Shown: in pieces, positions 17,468 to 26,619 of the stretch
Layout of the letters: every line of letters begins with the position of its first letter
Numbering within the stretch: the first letter of the stretch is position 1
Source of the DNA: a virus
Taxonomy: Duplodnaviria > Heunggongvirae > Uroviricota > Caudoviricetes
Virus record (IMG/VR): IMGVR_UViG_3300000547_000001
Span: 28,181 to 92,180 of that record
Length of the DNA stretch: 64,000 nt
Strand: one strand, 5' to 3'
The notes under the pieces: generated by a model
The model's input: only the letters and a program-made list of their open reading frames with translations
Told to the model about the DNA's origin: nothing
The model's database searches: none
Position numbers and translations under genes: made by a program

Positions 17468-17968
17468 TTAGGCTGCCACTTTTGCAGCAGCCTTTTCTTT
17501 GATCATAGGATTAACGAGGTCCCGGCGAAGGTAGCTATAGATTTGCTTGAAGCATTCACCGTGTGGCTTATCATAGTTTTGACGGAACCGCTTTACTCTC
17601 CAGCAATAGCGATACTGCACGTGATGAGATACTTCATGAGCAACAAGAACCCACATCACATCTTCCCAATCATTACAACGAATCGATCCAATCGTAGGAT
17701 GATCTTTGAATGCTTTATACTCTTGAAAGGTGAGATACGGATAAGCGATATTGATCTTAATTACACGAGCACCGGCCCGTGAGCGATATCCCATTGTCTT
17801 TCGAACTTCGAGAACACGTGCTGCGATATCAGGGCAGTTGGTCGGAAGCTCGAGCTCATATTCCTTTTTACGAAGAAGACGCATGCACTTTTTAACCATC
17901 TGTTCGATTTTACGATATTCAGCGGTGGTGACATTCGAGTTCTTTTTCAAAGGTACACTCCTTTTCAT
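17468..17968 (-). CDS. SprT-like zinc metallopeptidase domain protein
   Basis: 166 aa with the HEVSHH (HExxH) motif in a SprT-like context (...WVLVAHEVSHHVQYRY). Confidence 0.5.
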   Translation of the reverse strand: MKRSVPLKKNSNVTTAEYRKIEQMVKKCMRLLRKKEYELELPTNCPDIAARVLEVRKTMGYRSRAGARVIKINIAYPYLTFQEYKAFKDHPTIGSIRCNDWEDVMWVLVAHEVSHHVQYRYCWRVKRFRQNYDKPHGECFKQIYSYLRRDLVNPMIKEKAAAKVAA

Positions 17969-17974
17969 TTGGTA

Positions 17975-18011
17975 TAGTTATATACTACACCATTTAAGAA
18001 GGAATGTACAC
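17975..18011 (-). promoter_or_regulatory. early promoter variant (-35 TGTACA)
   Basis: Same cassette as the others (TTCCTTCTTAAATGGTG-TAGTAT) but the -35 reads TGTACA. Confidence 0.35.
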
Positions 18012-18038
18012 AAAAACGTTTGCTTTAAAAACAACTAC

Positions 18039-18629
18039 TTATGCAGCATTTTCATAAGGACGTTCACCATCATAGTCTTGGAAACCCTGCCACCAGTCAG
18101 GAGCAGAGCGACCACGATCCCATTTAGCAAACGGTTTTGCGGCATGGTAATAGTTACGATAAGAGGTAACCGCATCACCTTCGACAATACAATCCGGATA
18201 TGCTTTCATCGCGAGAGCAAATGGTGTAAGACCAATATCAGGAATATTGTCAGGTGCTTTACGAAGAAGTTCACCAAGCTTTAGGATTGTAGCATGATCT
18301 TTATTGAAGCGATACAGGAACTCGACACCAAGAGCACGGAAGTGTTCGTAATGCCATTCGTAGTTAGCCTTCGACTCAGCAGTCCATGTGGTGCAAGGAT
18401 GATACTTATGTACCGCAAGGTAATACTGATCATCACGTTCATCGCCAAAGCTGTAATAAGTCTGCATGGTTTTACCGGACTTAGATGGCCGTTTGGTGGG
18501 AGTACCATCAAGCATACGATGTACGGTCGACATCATTTGAGCAGACTCTACGATCATTTTGGGAATATGCTTATCGCACATCATTTGAGCAGAAATAATA
18601 GGTGATTCGTCAAGTACGAAGATATTCAT
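18039..18629 (-). CDS. hypothetical protein (196 aa)
   Basis: ORF. N-terminal MNIFVLDESPIISAQMMCDKH. No confident family assignment. Confidence 0.45.
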   Translation of the reverse strand: MNIFVLDESPIISAQMMCDKHIPKMIVESAQMMSTVHRMLDGTPTKRPSKSGKTMQTYYSFGDERDDQYYLAVHKYHPCTTWTAESKANYEWHYEHFRALGVEFLYRFNKDHATILKLGELLRKAPDNIPDIGLTPFALAMKAYPDCIVEGDAVTSYRNYYHAAKPFAKWDRGRSAPDWWQGFQDYDGERPYENAA

Positions 18630-18698
18630 GTTGTAACTCCATTGTTAGATAGATACATTCTATCACATAAAAAAGTATATGTACAATGAAAAAAAGTG

Positions 18699-18727
18699 TT
18701 GACATTCAATAACTTAGTGTGTATAAT
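18699..18727 (+). promoter_or_regulatory. consensus sigma70 promoter on the plus strand (antisense to the flanking minus-strand genes)
   Basis: TTGACA-ttcaataacttagtgtg (17 nt)-TATAAT, preceded by an A-tract. No plus-strand ORF with an RBS lies downstream. Transcription would run antisense across 18740-19000. Confidence 0.5.
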
Positions 18728-18991
18728 GCTATTAAGCTACTGAAAATAATCTGTTATCTTTTATACTTGGTTACGTAAAATCCTTCAGGATAATTCATTG
18801 CTTCAAGCATATCTTTAAACATTTTAGGTGTAAGCAATATCATATCAGGTACATCATCGAAGGTAGAATCATTGAACTGTTTAATGTAAACCATATCGTC
18901 TTCGATTATGAGTTGTACATCTTCGAGATTACCTTCTTCATCTAGAACGGTAGTTACAGTACCTTCAAATTCAAATTCGTTAGTAAAAATC

Positions 18992-19660
18992 TTAGAATCC
19001 TTTCAGTTTCTTGAAGTCAACTCTGAGTTCCATAAAGTCTCGAATGTGATTGTCTCGATGTTCAACAAACACTTGTGGATCATCTCCATCTACAGTAATT
19101 ATAGTAACTAACTGGGTGATTGGTTTCTTTGTACGCTCTTCAAATGCGACAGCGTAGAATGATTCTTGCATAAAATAGCTTTTGATCCAATCTTTTTGTT
19201 TCTTTCTACGAGATGTTTTGAAATCAATAATTGAAAGCTTACCATCAAACTCAGCAATGCAGTCAACTTGTCCAGCAGTTTGAAGATAATCACTATAGAG
19301 AAAAGCTTCTTGAAACCAAATATTGTCTACATGCTTATCGAGAATGCCTTTGATTTGCTGAAACGAAAAAATATTTGAAGGCATATGATTCTCTTTCCAA
19401 TCTTCTCGATTGTCAAGATAGTCTTCGGCAAGTTTATGTACAGCCGTTCCACGTACTGCAGCTTGAGTTGAGATTTTTTGAGCCTCTTCTTCACCAACTC
19501 TTTTTTTCCAAGCTTCAAGACCAGACTTGTCCTGAATACCAAGAACAGTAGTCACCGAAGGATATGTATTACCCTCCGGTGTAAAGTACTTTCTTCCTTG
19601 TGGTGTTGTTTCACGTGTGCATTCAGGCAGCACAATTCCATGATCTACATGAGTAAACAT
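18992..19660 (-). CDS. PD-(D/E)xK nuclease (RecB/Cas4-like fold)
   Basis: 222 aa. GTAVHKLAE ... QVDCIAEFDGKLSIIDFKTSRR, the D...E.K motif arrangement of PD-(D/E)xK nucleases. The start abuts the stop of the PAAR gene. Confidence 0.55.
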   Translation of the reverse strand: MFTHVDHGIVLPECTRETTPQGRKYFTPEGNTYPSVTTVLGIQDKSGLEAWKKRVGEEEAQKISTQAAVRGTAVHKLAEDYLDNREDWKENHMPSNIFSFQQIKGILDKHVDNIWFQEAFLYSDYLQTAGQVDCIAEFDGKLSIIDFKTSRRKKQKDWIKSYFMQESFYAVAFEERTKKPITQLVTIITVDGDDPQVFVEHRDNHIRDFMELRVDFKKLKGF

Positions 19661-19969
19661 TTACCCTCCGATAAACACGTTGTCAGAACCAGTAATAATT
19701 TGACCGCCGTCAGCTGAGTCACCGATACGAGCAGCTGGTATATTTTCAAAGAAAACTGTAGAGCTTCCTTCATTCACGTATGCGGTATGAGGTACACAAA
19801 CTAGTCCTTGCAAAATCGTGTGAGGAGCAATAATATCACCCTTTACTGATGCAAGGATTCCATTAATATAGACACTGTTTTGTTCTGTGCCACGTATTTG
19901 AGCAGTGCCATCGCACGCATGGCCAGTTGTGATTGTGTCTTCGTCTTGCGCTCTTGCTGCCTTTGGCAT
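19661..19969 (-). CDS. PAAR-repeat protein (gp5.4-like spike-tip protein)
   Basis: 102 aa. SVYINGILASVKGD, STVFFENIPAARIGD and GSDNVFIGG are the three PAAR-type repeats with His/Cys zinc ligands. Confidence 0.75.
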   Translation of the reverse strand: MPKAARAQDEDTITTGHACDGTAQIRGTEQNSVYINGILASVKGDIIAPHTILQGLVCVPHTAYVNEGSSTVFFENIPAARIGDSADGGQIITGSDNVFIGG

Positions 19970-19970
19970 C

Positions 19971-20714
19971 TTAGTATCCTAGCTCTTCCTTTTTCAGTAT
20001 GTACGACTTAACTAATCCACTACGTACAATATCTTCTGGATAGAATCTTATTATATCAAATTCTTCCATTTTGTCAACAATGTTTAGTATATCACCAAAC
20101 CCAGACTTCTCAGATTTACGCTGAGTAGCAAGATCGTCTTGCTTAGTATCACCACAAAAGATAAATTTGGTATTCTCACCGGCTCTTGTAATCACTGTAT
20201 CAATTTCATGGAAGTTCATGTTTTGTATTTCATCTACAACTATATATGCATTATCAAATGTTGCTGATCTCAAAAACGATGTTGATGTAAACTCAATCAT
20301 ATTTTTTTGTTTTAAGATCGTATAAGCATCTCCACGACCAAATACTTGATTACAGATTGGTGGATATGGTGTTTCATATACTGCTTCTTTTTCGTTTTTG
20401 TTGCCTGGCTGAAATCCTTGATCTCGAGTAGAAACAGTAGAGCGTATAATGAAAACCTTATTACGAGGACTGTTCTTATCTACAATATCACTTAAGGCAA
20501 AATACAAACCTAAAAAGCTTTTACCTGTACCAGGAGAACCATGAAGTACGAGATTGTAATCTTCTTCCCACGCTTCCCAAGCAGCCTTTTGACCTGGTGT
20601 TAATGGTTCAATTTCAGAATTTACTCGAAATACACTTTCTCTAAAATTACCTTCTTGATCAATTATACCTTGTTGTCTCAGTGTTCTTTTTTGTTTTTTT
20701 GTTAAACGAGACAT
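19971..20714 (-). CDS. phoH: PhoH-like ATPase
   Basis: 247 aa. Walker A LHGSPGTGKSFL and PhoH-like overall layout. Common in marine phages. Confidence 0.8.
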   Translation of the reverse strand: MSRLTKKQKRTLRQQGIIDQEGNFRESVFRVNSEIEPLTPGQKAAWEAWEEDYNLVLHGSPGTGKSFLGLYFALSDIVDKNSPRNKVFIIRSTVSTRDQGFQPGNKNEKEAVYETPYPPICNQVFGRGDAYTILKQKNMIEFTSTSFLRSATFDNAYIVVDEIQNMNFHEIDTVITRAGENTKFIFCGDTKQDDLATQRKSEKSGFGDILNIVDKMEEFDIIRFYPEDIVRSGLVKSYILKKEELGY

Positions 20715-20722
20715 ATGATTCC

Positions 20723-20959
20723 TTATCTTGTATTAATGGTGGAATGCTTATGAGAAGACTTTGCTTTTTTCAGTACGTCATTGAAGTTATCATCCGGTCT
20801 TCGAAAACCGAGACGAACTGAATCACCAAAAGCTGGAGGCGCGATCTTCTGTGTCATGTGGGGATTGTCTTGTTTGTATTGCTCATACTCAGCAATAGAC
20901 ATAGTAAGTGTAGTTTCTTCTTTTGTATCATTATTCACAAACGTGTAATTTGGCATCAT
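20723..20959 (-). CDS. hypothetical protein (78 aa)
   Basis: ORF. Confidence 0.4.
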   Translation of the reverse strand: MMPNYTFVNNDTKEETTLTMSIAEYEQYKQDNPHMTQKIAPPAFGDSVRLGFRRPDDNFNDVLKKAKSSHKHSTINTR

Positions 20960-21020
20960 TTACCTCCATAAAAAAAGAGCAGCCAATAAGCTGCTCTGTT
21001 CAACCTACTGACAATAGTAT

Positions 21021-21608
21021 TTATACTAGACTGTCATAGATTTCACGCCAGTTTGAAACACGACGAATACTATACTTCGACATATTAAAGTGCGTGTTAT
21101 GCGGATGATTAATAAGAATAGGATCAAGACCCATTATTTGGCCAGTGATCGCATTTTCGGGTTTATCTTCTACCCAAAGACAACCAGTATCACGATAAGG
21201 TTCAAGTGCTTCATCTTTGTCAGCACCACAATCAAGACACTCAATCTTTTCAAATGCAGTTTTACCAAAGAGCGCTTCGAGATTTTTCTTACGAAGCTTA
21301 CCTGCATAAATGTCTTCACTCAACGAAGTAATACAGTGGAACACAAAGCCATGATCTTCATGAAGACGCCGAACATATTTTACCGAGTCGCGAAGCTGAG
21401 GCAACCAACCAATTGCGGCTGACTCGTTAAACTGTCGGACATATGATTTGGCTTCTGGTTTCGGCATATTAAAGATCTTACCAATATCATATTCAGTATG
21501 ATTGATTGGCTCAAATCCACGATCTCGCATCCAACGATAGAAACCATATTGCCAATCAAGCAATACACCGTCGCAGTCTACAAGAATTAGTTTATCACTC
21601 AGTTTCAT
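21021..21608 (-). CDS. HAD-family 5'(3')-deoxyribonucleotidase-like protein
   Basis: 195 aa. N-terminal LILVDCDGVLLDW (DxDxV HAD motif I) and NT5C-like layout. Confidence 0.55.
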   Translation of the reverse strand: MKLSDKLILVDCDGVLLDWQYGFYRWMRDRGFEPINHTEYDIGKIFNMPKPEAKSYVRQFNESAAIGWLPQLRDSVKYVRRLHEDHGFVFHCITSLSEDIYAGKLRKKNLEALFGKTAFEKIECLDCGADKDEALEPYRDTGCLWVEDKPENAITGQIMGLDPILINHPHNTHFNMSKYSIRRVSNWREIYDSLV

Positions 21609-21619
21609 AATATATTTCC

Positions 21620-21817
21620 TTATCCGACAACGTTGAAGTGGAAGTGAACGCCGTTTTGAACAGCTTCTTGACCAACAAACACCGGGAAAAAGCGACCTTC
21701 CTCATTGGTCATCATAAAATGCCGAAAACCTTCGCAACCTGCTTTCTCAACCGCACGGCGAGCATTAGCAATAGTCTTGTAGGTTTTCGGCGCTGTGAAA
21801 GTGAATTCGCGGTTCAT
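21620..21817 (-). CDS. hypothetical protein (65 aa)
   Basis: ORF downstream of the promoter at about 21840-21876. Confidence 0.4.
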   Translation of the reverse strand: MNREFTFTAPKTYKTIANARRAVEKAGCEGFRHFMMTNEEGRFFPVFVGQEAVQNGVHFHFNVVG

Positions 21818-21839
21818 GTTGATTTCCTTTTCATTCTGT

Positions 21840-21876
21840 ATAGTTATACTATAAGCTTTCTAAAAAGGAATGTCAA
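21840..21876 (-). promoter_or_regulatory. early promoter
   Basis: Minus strand TTGACATTCCTTTTTAGAAAGCTTA-TAGTAT. Confidence 0.5.
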
Positions 21877-21894
21877 CTACTTTTTTGAAAAAAG

Positions 21895-22053
21895 TTACTC
21901 TAAATGCGAAAATTTATTCTTGTTCTTATTTCGCCGAGCGTTTTGGATCTTTGCTTTCTTTTTGTCGTACCTTTTACCATCACGCTTTTTAAACTTGACT
22001 TCAGAGTCTTGTTCTTCGTACATCCATTCACGGAAGTTTTTATTCTTAGCCAT
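21895..22053 (-). CDS. small basic protein (about 52 aa)
   Basis: Hand-found MAKNKNFREWMYEEQDSEVKFKKRDGKRYDKKKAKIQNARRNKNKNKFSHLE. Its ATG overlaps the upstream stop (GATGGCTAA). Confidence 0.3.
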   Translation of the reverse strand: MAKNKNFREWMYEEQDSEVKFKKRDGKRYDKKKAKIQNARRNKNKNKFSHLE

Positions 22054-22486
22054 CGCTAATGATCTCACCAAACGCTTCGTTGATTGTTGCTTTAGTCAAA
22101 CCCTTGATCGGTTTCTTTTGAATCATTTGAATCAATAGCTCAGCATCTTTCTTATCTACAGACTCAAGCATCTCGATAAACATTGTTTCACGCTTGATAC
22201 GATGCACACCTTCAGGCGCAAATCCTTCAACAAAGTATTTAAGTTTACGCGCTTGACGCTGAAGAGCACCTTGATTATCAGGATACTCAGAAGGTGTATA
22301 AGGTGGTGCTGTATCAGGAATGTTAAACTTCTTTGACTTATCATACATAAGTACAAGAATATTTCGAAGAGGTAGACTATTGTGCTGTCGAAGGTAGTCT
22401 ACCTTTTCTTGTTTTGATTTCATTTTTGCTGCTTCTTCAAGAATTTCTGCAATAGACAATCTATAACCCATTTTTACTCCGTTCAA
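22046..22486 (-). CDS. hypothetical protein (146 aa)
   Basis: ORF coupled to rnh upstream. Confidence 0.45.
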   Translation of the reverse strand: MNGVKMGYRLSIAEILEEAAKMKSKQEKVDYLRQHNSLPLRNILVLMYDKSKKFNIPDTAPPYTPSEYPDNQGALQRQARKLKYFVEGFAPEGVHRIKRETMFIEMLESVDKKDAELLIQMIQKKPIKGLTKATINEAFGEIISDG

Positions 22487-23337
22487 AAGTCCTGGATGGA
22501 CTCCATAAGAAATTTCAATTTGTTCTTGATAAAGTAATTGAAGAGCTGTGAACGATCCTTATCATTCTCTTCACCATACACATCAAGAATTTGCTCTTTA
22601 ATAGACTCAGGAACTTCAGAAAGGTCGATGAGCTTTTTGTTCCGAGCCCAATTACGTTTAAGTGTCTCATCAAGATTATTTATATCCTCAAACATCTCGA
22701 TACGCTTCTTAGTAACTGGCTTTTGACGCTGACCAACCACGAGACAATTATCAGGTGAGAGTACATTCGGAATTCCGTCACCTACATCGCCTTTAATGAT
22801 ATGCTCAGCAAGATACTTTTCAGCATCTGAGTGTTTGATCCAACGCTTACGTGTAGGGTCCCATTGATCGACATTAGCATACTTATGAAGCTGAATGTAG
22901 TCCTTATCACCAGAAAGAATAAGGATAGGCTCACCAGTATTAAGAGGTGTACCCTCACTATGAACAACAGTGCCAATAATATCATCGGCTTCAGCAGTTG
23001 GAATTTGAATTACTTTATATGGAAAGAACGTCTTGAGTTCTTCACGTACATTATTCAATGCAGTAAAGATTGCATTCCAATCAAGCTCAGACTCTTGACG
23101 AGCTTTCTTACGAGATGCTTTGTAGTACGGAAAATAAGACCTACGCCAATAGTTTGTGTCATCACAGCAGATGACAAATTCTCCATACTTTTCATGAAAC
23201 TTTTTACGATTGAAACGCAAGCTGTTAAGTACCATGTGACGGATCATTGACTCATCAACCTGCGCGTTTTTATGATTACCAATTTGAACCATCATATTCG
23301 AAATCATTACTTGGTTAAGATCAACCAAAATAGGCAT
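22483..23337 (-). CDS. rnh: RNase H / 5'-3' flap exonuclease (T4 rnh)
   Basis: 284 aa. MIRHMVLNSLRFNRKK ... YWRR ... HKYANVDQWDP ... matches T4 RNase H (MVRHLILNSIKFNVKK ... YWRRDFAYYKK ... HKYPNVKQWSP). Confidence 0.85.
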   Translation of the reverse strand: MPILVDLNQVMISNMMVQIGNHKNAQVDESMIRHMVLNSLRFNRKKFHEKYGEFVICCDDTNYWRRSYFPYYKASRKKARQESELDWNAIFTALNNVREELKTFFPYKVIQIPTAEADDIIGTVVHSEGTPLNTGEPILILSGDKDYIQLHKYANVDQWDPTRKRWIKHSDAEKYLAEHIIKGDVGDGIPNVLSPDNCLVVGQRQKPVTKKRIEMFEDINNLDETLKRNWARNKKLIDLSEVPESIKEQILDVYGEENDKDRSQLFNYFIKNKLKFLMESIQDF

Positions 23338-23357
23338 TGTATTCTCCTTATCTGTTA

Positions 23358-23394
23358 CCTATTAATTATATTCTAGGCACAGACAAATGTCAAC
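23358..23394 (-). promoter_or_regulatory. early promoter with perfect -35/-10
   Basis: Minus strand TTGACA-tttgtctgtgcctagaa-TATAAT, then AAGGAG and the rnh ATG. Confidence 0.6.
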
Positions 23395-23740
23395 TTAAAT
23401 TGTCTTCCATATCAGCAAGAAAGTCTTCGAGCAAAGAAGCTTCATCATCAATAAATCCATAAAGCGTATTGTTTACTTCATGGATTGGACTATTTAGACC
23501 CTTTGCTCGATATCCAAGAGCTCGAATCGCTTCAATCAAGCCAAGAATATCTTTGATACATTCAGGATTCTCTTGAATTGGATATTCAAAGTGTAGCATA
23601 GCATCTACAATTTCCATAGTTGCTAACGCGGCAATGTTAGCTACCTCCTCTTCGTCGCTTTCGAACTCCTCTGTAATAGTATCAAGCTTTTCTTGCTCGC
23701 GCTTTTGTTTTATTTTAGCGAAGTCGATTACTTCTGTCAT
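23390..23740 (-). CDS. hypothetical acidic protein (116 aa)
   Basis: ORF. Confidence 0.45.
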   Translation of the reverse strand: MTEVIDFAKIKQKREQEKLDTITEEFESDEEEVANIAALATMEIVDAMLHFEYPIQENPECIKDILGLIEAIRALGYRAKGLNSPIHEVNNTLYGFIDDEASLLEDFLADMEDNLS

Positions 23741-24930
23741 GCATAAACCTTTACGATAATTGTTTGATCATTCACTCGGCCGTTGCAGGATGCTTCTTTT
23801 GTTTTCAAATCTTTGAGAAGCTTACGAGCCTTTGCCTTGGTTGTCTTAGTGAATTCACTGAAGAATTCTTCAGGCTTACGAAGAGTCTTCTTATAAGAAG
23901 CTTCTACATCAATACCCTGAATAGTGGTACCTTTCACCTCAAAGCCTTTAGGAGATTGAGTAACAAGGTATGTCATAGTACGATACTTGGTATTAAACAG
24001 GTACACCTCAGAGGCACCCACAATGTTTGTAGGATCAACACTCACAAGCTTAAATTCAGCACTATTGACCATATACTTCATTTTGTCGACTTGCTTTGAA
24101 GCAGGAGCAACCTTTTTCTTACGAGTCTTACGAACCGCTTTCTTGCTCATCATGTACTTTTCAGCATCATCGATGATTGCTTGAATAACCTTGAGATACT
24201 GCTTACGCTTACGAGGACCAAGCCATGCATACGCTTCGACAAGGTCTTCGGTTTTCTTTTCAACAAGCTCTTGAATTTCATCGCGAAGAGGTGTGTAGTA
24301 ATCAACAACAGCCTTAGCAGTGTTATAAGGCGCATCGATTTTTTGAAGCTCATTATAGACCGAGTATTCATCCCAATCCATATGTGTCTTGCCACCAAAC
24401 ATGTCAATGACCTCTTCGATCTCAGCAATGAAATCAGAGGTACGCTCTTTTACAATTTCAGCAGGCGACTTCTTGCGAATGTCGACTACCTTTTCTTCAG
24501 CAGTTTCTTCTACTTTATTGATACCACGTTGGATTTGATCATCAATATTTTTGTTAATGAATGCCATACGCTTTTCACTAAACGTTGCTCCATTCATAAT
24601 CATCTTACAAAGACCAGAAACAGTCGAAGAAAAGTGACGCTCAGGCGCAGCCTTGAAGTTTTTTAGATCTTCCTTTGAGCGGTTAACCTTAACCCACTCA
24701 ACAGCCCACTTATAAGAGTCTTTCACATCATAGAAGTATCCATAATGACGAAGAGTCTCATAGACTTTCTTTTCCATATCTTCAGGAAGAATATTTGTCC
24801 AGTCTGTTGTTTCACGACCTATATGTTTCTCTTCAGCTGCAATGGATTTGCGAGCATTTGAAATCGGTACTTTTTTCTTTTTACGAGAAATGCTAGCACG
24901 AGCCATGTTGTATCCTTTCGATTGATTCAA
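23737..24930 (-). CDS. hypothetical protein (about 390 aa; likely start MARASIS at about 24906)
   Basis: Long ORF. AAAGGATACAACATGGCT places the RBS before the internal ATG. Confidence 0.5.
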   Translation of the reverse strand: MNQSKGYNMARASISRKKKKVPISNARKSIAAEEKHIGRETTDWTNILPEDMEKKVYETLRHYGYFYDVKDSYKWAVEWVKVNRSKEDLKNFKAAPERHFSSTVSGLCKMIMNGATFSEKRMAFINKNIDDQIQRGINKVEETAEEKVVDIRKKSPAEIVKERTSDFIAEIEEVIDMFGGKTHMDWDEYSVYNELQKIDAPYNTAKAVVDYYTPLRDEIQELVEKKTEDLVEAYAWLGPRKRKQYLKVIQAIIDDAEKYMMSKKAVRKTRKKKVAPASKQVDKMKYMVNSAEFKLVSVDPTNIVGASEVYLFNTKYRTMTYLVTQSPKGFEVKGTTIQGIDVEASYKKTLRKPEEFFSEFTKTTKAKARKLLKDLKTKEASCNGRVNDQTIIVKVYA

Positions 24931-24964
24931 TTACAATCTATCATATTACAAAAGAGATGTCAAC
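24928..24964 (-). promoter_or_regulatory. early promoter
   Basis: Minus strand TTGACATCTCTTTTGTAATATGA-TAGATT. Confidence 0.5.
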
Positions 24965-25860
24965 AAGTTTGTCCACTCTTTTGCGCGTGTTTCCCAACTA
25001 TAGTTATGATTTGCAAGCAGTTTTTGTACTTGATAATCTGGTTTCATTTGTTTTTGTACTTCTACCGCATGTACTAGCGCTTGGTAGAACATATTTACAT
25101 GATTTTGCATATCTTCGGTGTACTGATACATTCTTGTCAGGCCCATACTTGTCTCAGGTAGAGCAGCAAGAGAGGAATGTACACACTCAAGACCAGCACT
25201 CATTGCTTCGATCAAACAAAGACAAGAGGTCTCTTGCCAAATTGAAGGATAAGCAAAAATGTGATGGTTTTTGAGTTCATTGCGAATATGTTTATTCGAT
25301 ACTGCACCACTATAACGAATACGAGGATGTGCTTCAAGCGCTTCAAATAGCTTCTTATAAGGTTCATCTCGTTGTGGCCACCCATATAAACCAAACGATG
25401 AATATACAGTAAGTTCTACGTCATCATAATGTTTACAAAGCTCATCGAATGCTGGGTATAGTAACTCAAGACCACGATGTGGTGTACTGTAATAAATCAA
25501 ACGAATTTTATCATTTGGTTTTTCGTGTTCTTCAATTGGCTTAATAGCATTACGCATTACTCCTCCAGCAAAAAAGGGAACACCAAGATAGGCGTTATAC
25601 ATTTGCTGCTGCCAATGTGAAACAAATACTATTTGATCAAACTTCTTCCAACCACCATCTTTTAGATGCTGTACTTCTGGATCACCGGCAAGATCATGAA
25701 CCCAATAGATCTTTTTCTTTTTTGGATCAAGTTCACGTACTCGACTTTGCACAATTTGAAACTCATCAAGAAGTTTATTATCTACATATTCATAAAGGCG
25801 GTCAGCCATTAACTCTGTACCGCCTTTTGCATTTTTATTCAGCTCATTGAGCTCCATCAA
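24946..25860 (-). CDS. GT-B glycosyltransferase (GT4-like)
   Basis: 304 aa. C-terminal E...CLIEAMSAGLECVHSS resembles the EX7E/GT4 motif (E..GL...EAM..G.PVV). Confidence 0.55.
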   Translation of the reverse strand: MMELNELNKNAKGGTELMADRLYEYVDNKLLDEFQIVQSRVRELDPKKKKIYWVHDLAGDPEVQHLKDGGWKKFDQIVFVSHWQQQMYNAYLGVPFFAGGVMRNAIKPIEEHEKPNDKIRLIYYSTPHRGLELLYPAFDELCKHYDDVELTVYSSFGLYGWPQRDEPYKKLFEALEAHPRIRYSGAVSNKHIRNELKNHHIFAYPSIWQETSCLCLIEAMSAGLECVHSSLAALPETSMGLTRMYQYTEDMQNHVNMFYQALVHAVEVQKQMKPDYQVQKLLANHNYSWETRAKEWTNLLTSLL

Positions 25861-26125
25861 AGATTACTCCATTGACTGTTTGCAATTTATCCCAACGAAA
25901 GCTCCGCCACCCTTCTTGAGAAATATCAAATACAGCAAGAACTTCAGGATTTTGCTTTTTCTTTTCGGTAAACTCTTGTTCGTTCATTTTAAGAGGAAGA
26001 TGCAATTCATTAAGAGTACACTGCATTTTTCGATATTCACCGTTGACTTTAGTAAACTCTACTACAACAATTCCTTTTTTCAAAAGGTCGATCACATCAG
26101 AACGATCCATCACCATATCCTCCAA
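25844..26125 (-). CDS. conserved phage protein (93 aa)
   Basis: ORF. VVEFTKVNGEYRKMQCTLNE pattern. Confidence 0.4.
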   Translation of the reverse strand: MEDMVMDRSDVIDLLKKGIVVVEFTKVNGEYRKMQCTLNELHLPLKMNEQEFTEKKKQNPEVLAVFDISQEGWRSFRWDKLQTVNGVIFDGAQ

Positions 26126-26342
26126 TTGTATTTTCTACTTCTTCTGCAAATTCTGTATAACCACCAATGTGACGACCATCCCAAACAATTTGTGGAACTG
26201 TTTTAGCACCTGGAAATTGTTCTAGGAATGTTTCTTTCCATTCCTTTGCGTCACGATATTCGTAATCCATGTTATAAGATTGTGCGAGAGCTACTGCATA
26301 CTTACAGTAGCTACAGTTTTCCATTCCGTAGATTATAACCAT
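26097..26342 (-). CDS. nrdC: glutaredoxin (NrdC/NrdH-like)
   Basis: 81 aa. VIIYGMENCSYCKYA: a CxxC active site at the N-terminus of a thioredoxin-fold-sized protein. Confidence 0.65.
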   Translation of the reverse strand: MVIIYGMENCSYCKYAVALAQSYNMDYEYRDAKEWKETFLEQFPGAKTVPQIVWDGRHIGGYTEFAEEVENTIGGYGDGSF

Positions 26343-26343
26343 A

Positions 26344-26619
26344 TCACGCCTTTTTCTTGGGTGGGTTCAGACGTTCCTTAGGTGTACCCCAAAGAGTGTT
26401 AGCCTTCACACGAATAAAGCGCTTGTTGGTCTCATTTGGATTCGGATTTGCGATGGTGATCCAAGGGTTCTTACCAGCCCAGTAAGCGTTAACCTTGTAC
26501 ATTTCTTTTTCAGCGCCAGTGCGATCACGCTTCATACCCTTAAGAGTATCACGTGCTACATTAGAGTGAAGTCCTTGCGAAATAAATCCTTTGGATTTCC
26601 CGCCCTTACCTTTTGCCAT
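26344..26619 (-). CDS. hypothetical basic protein (91 aa)
   Basis: Strong RBS AAGGAGATAAACA-ATG. Lys/Arg-rich. Confidence 0.45.
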   Translation of the reverse strand: MAKGKGGKSKGFISQGLHSNVARDTLKGMKRDRTGAEKEMYKVNAYWAGKNPWITIANPNPNETNKRFIRVKANTLWGTPKERLNPPKKKA

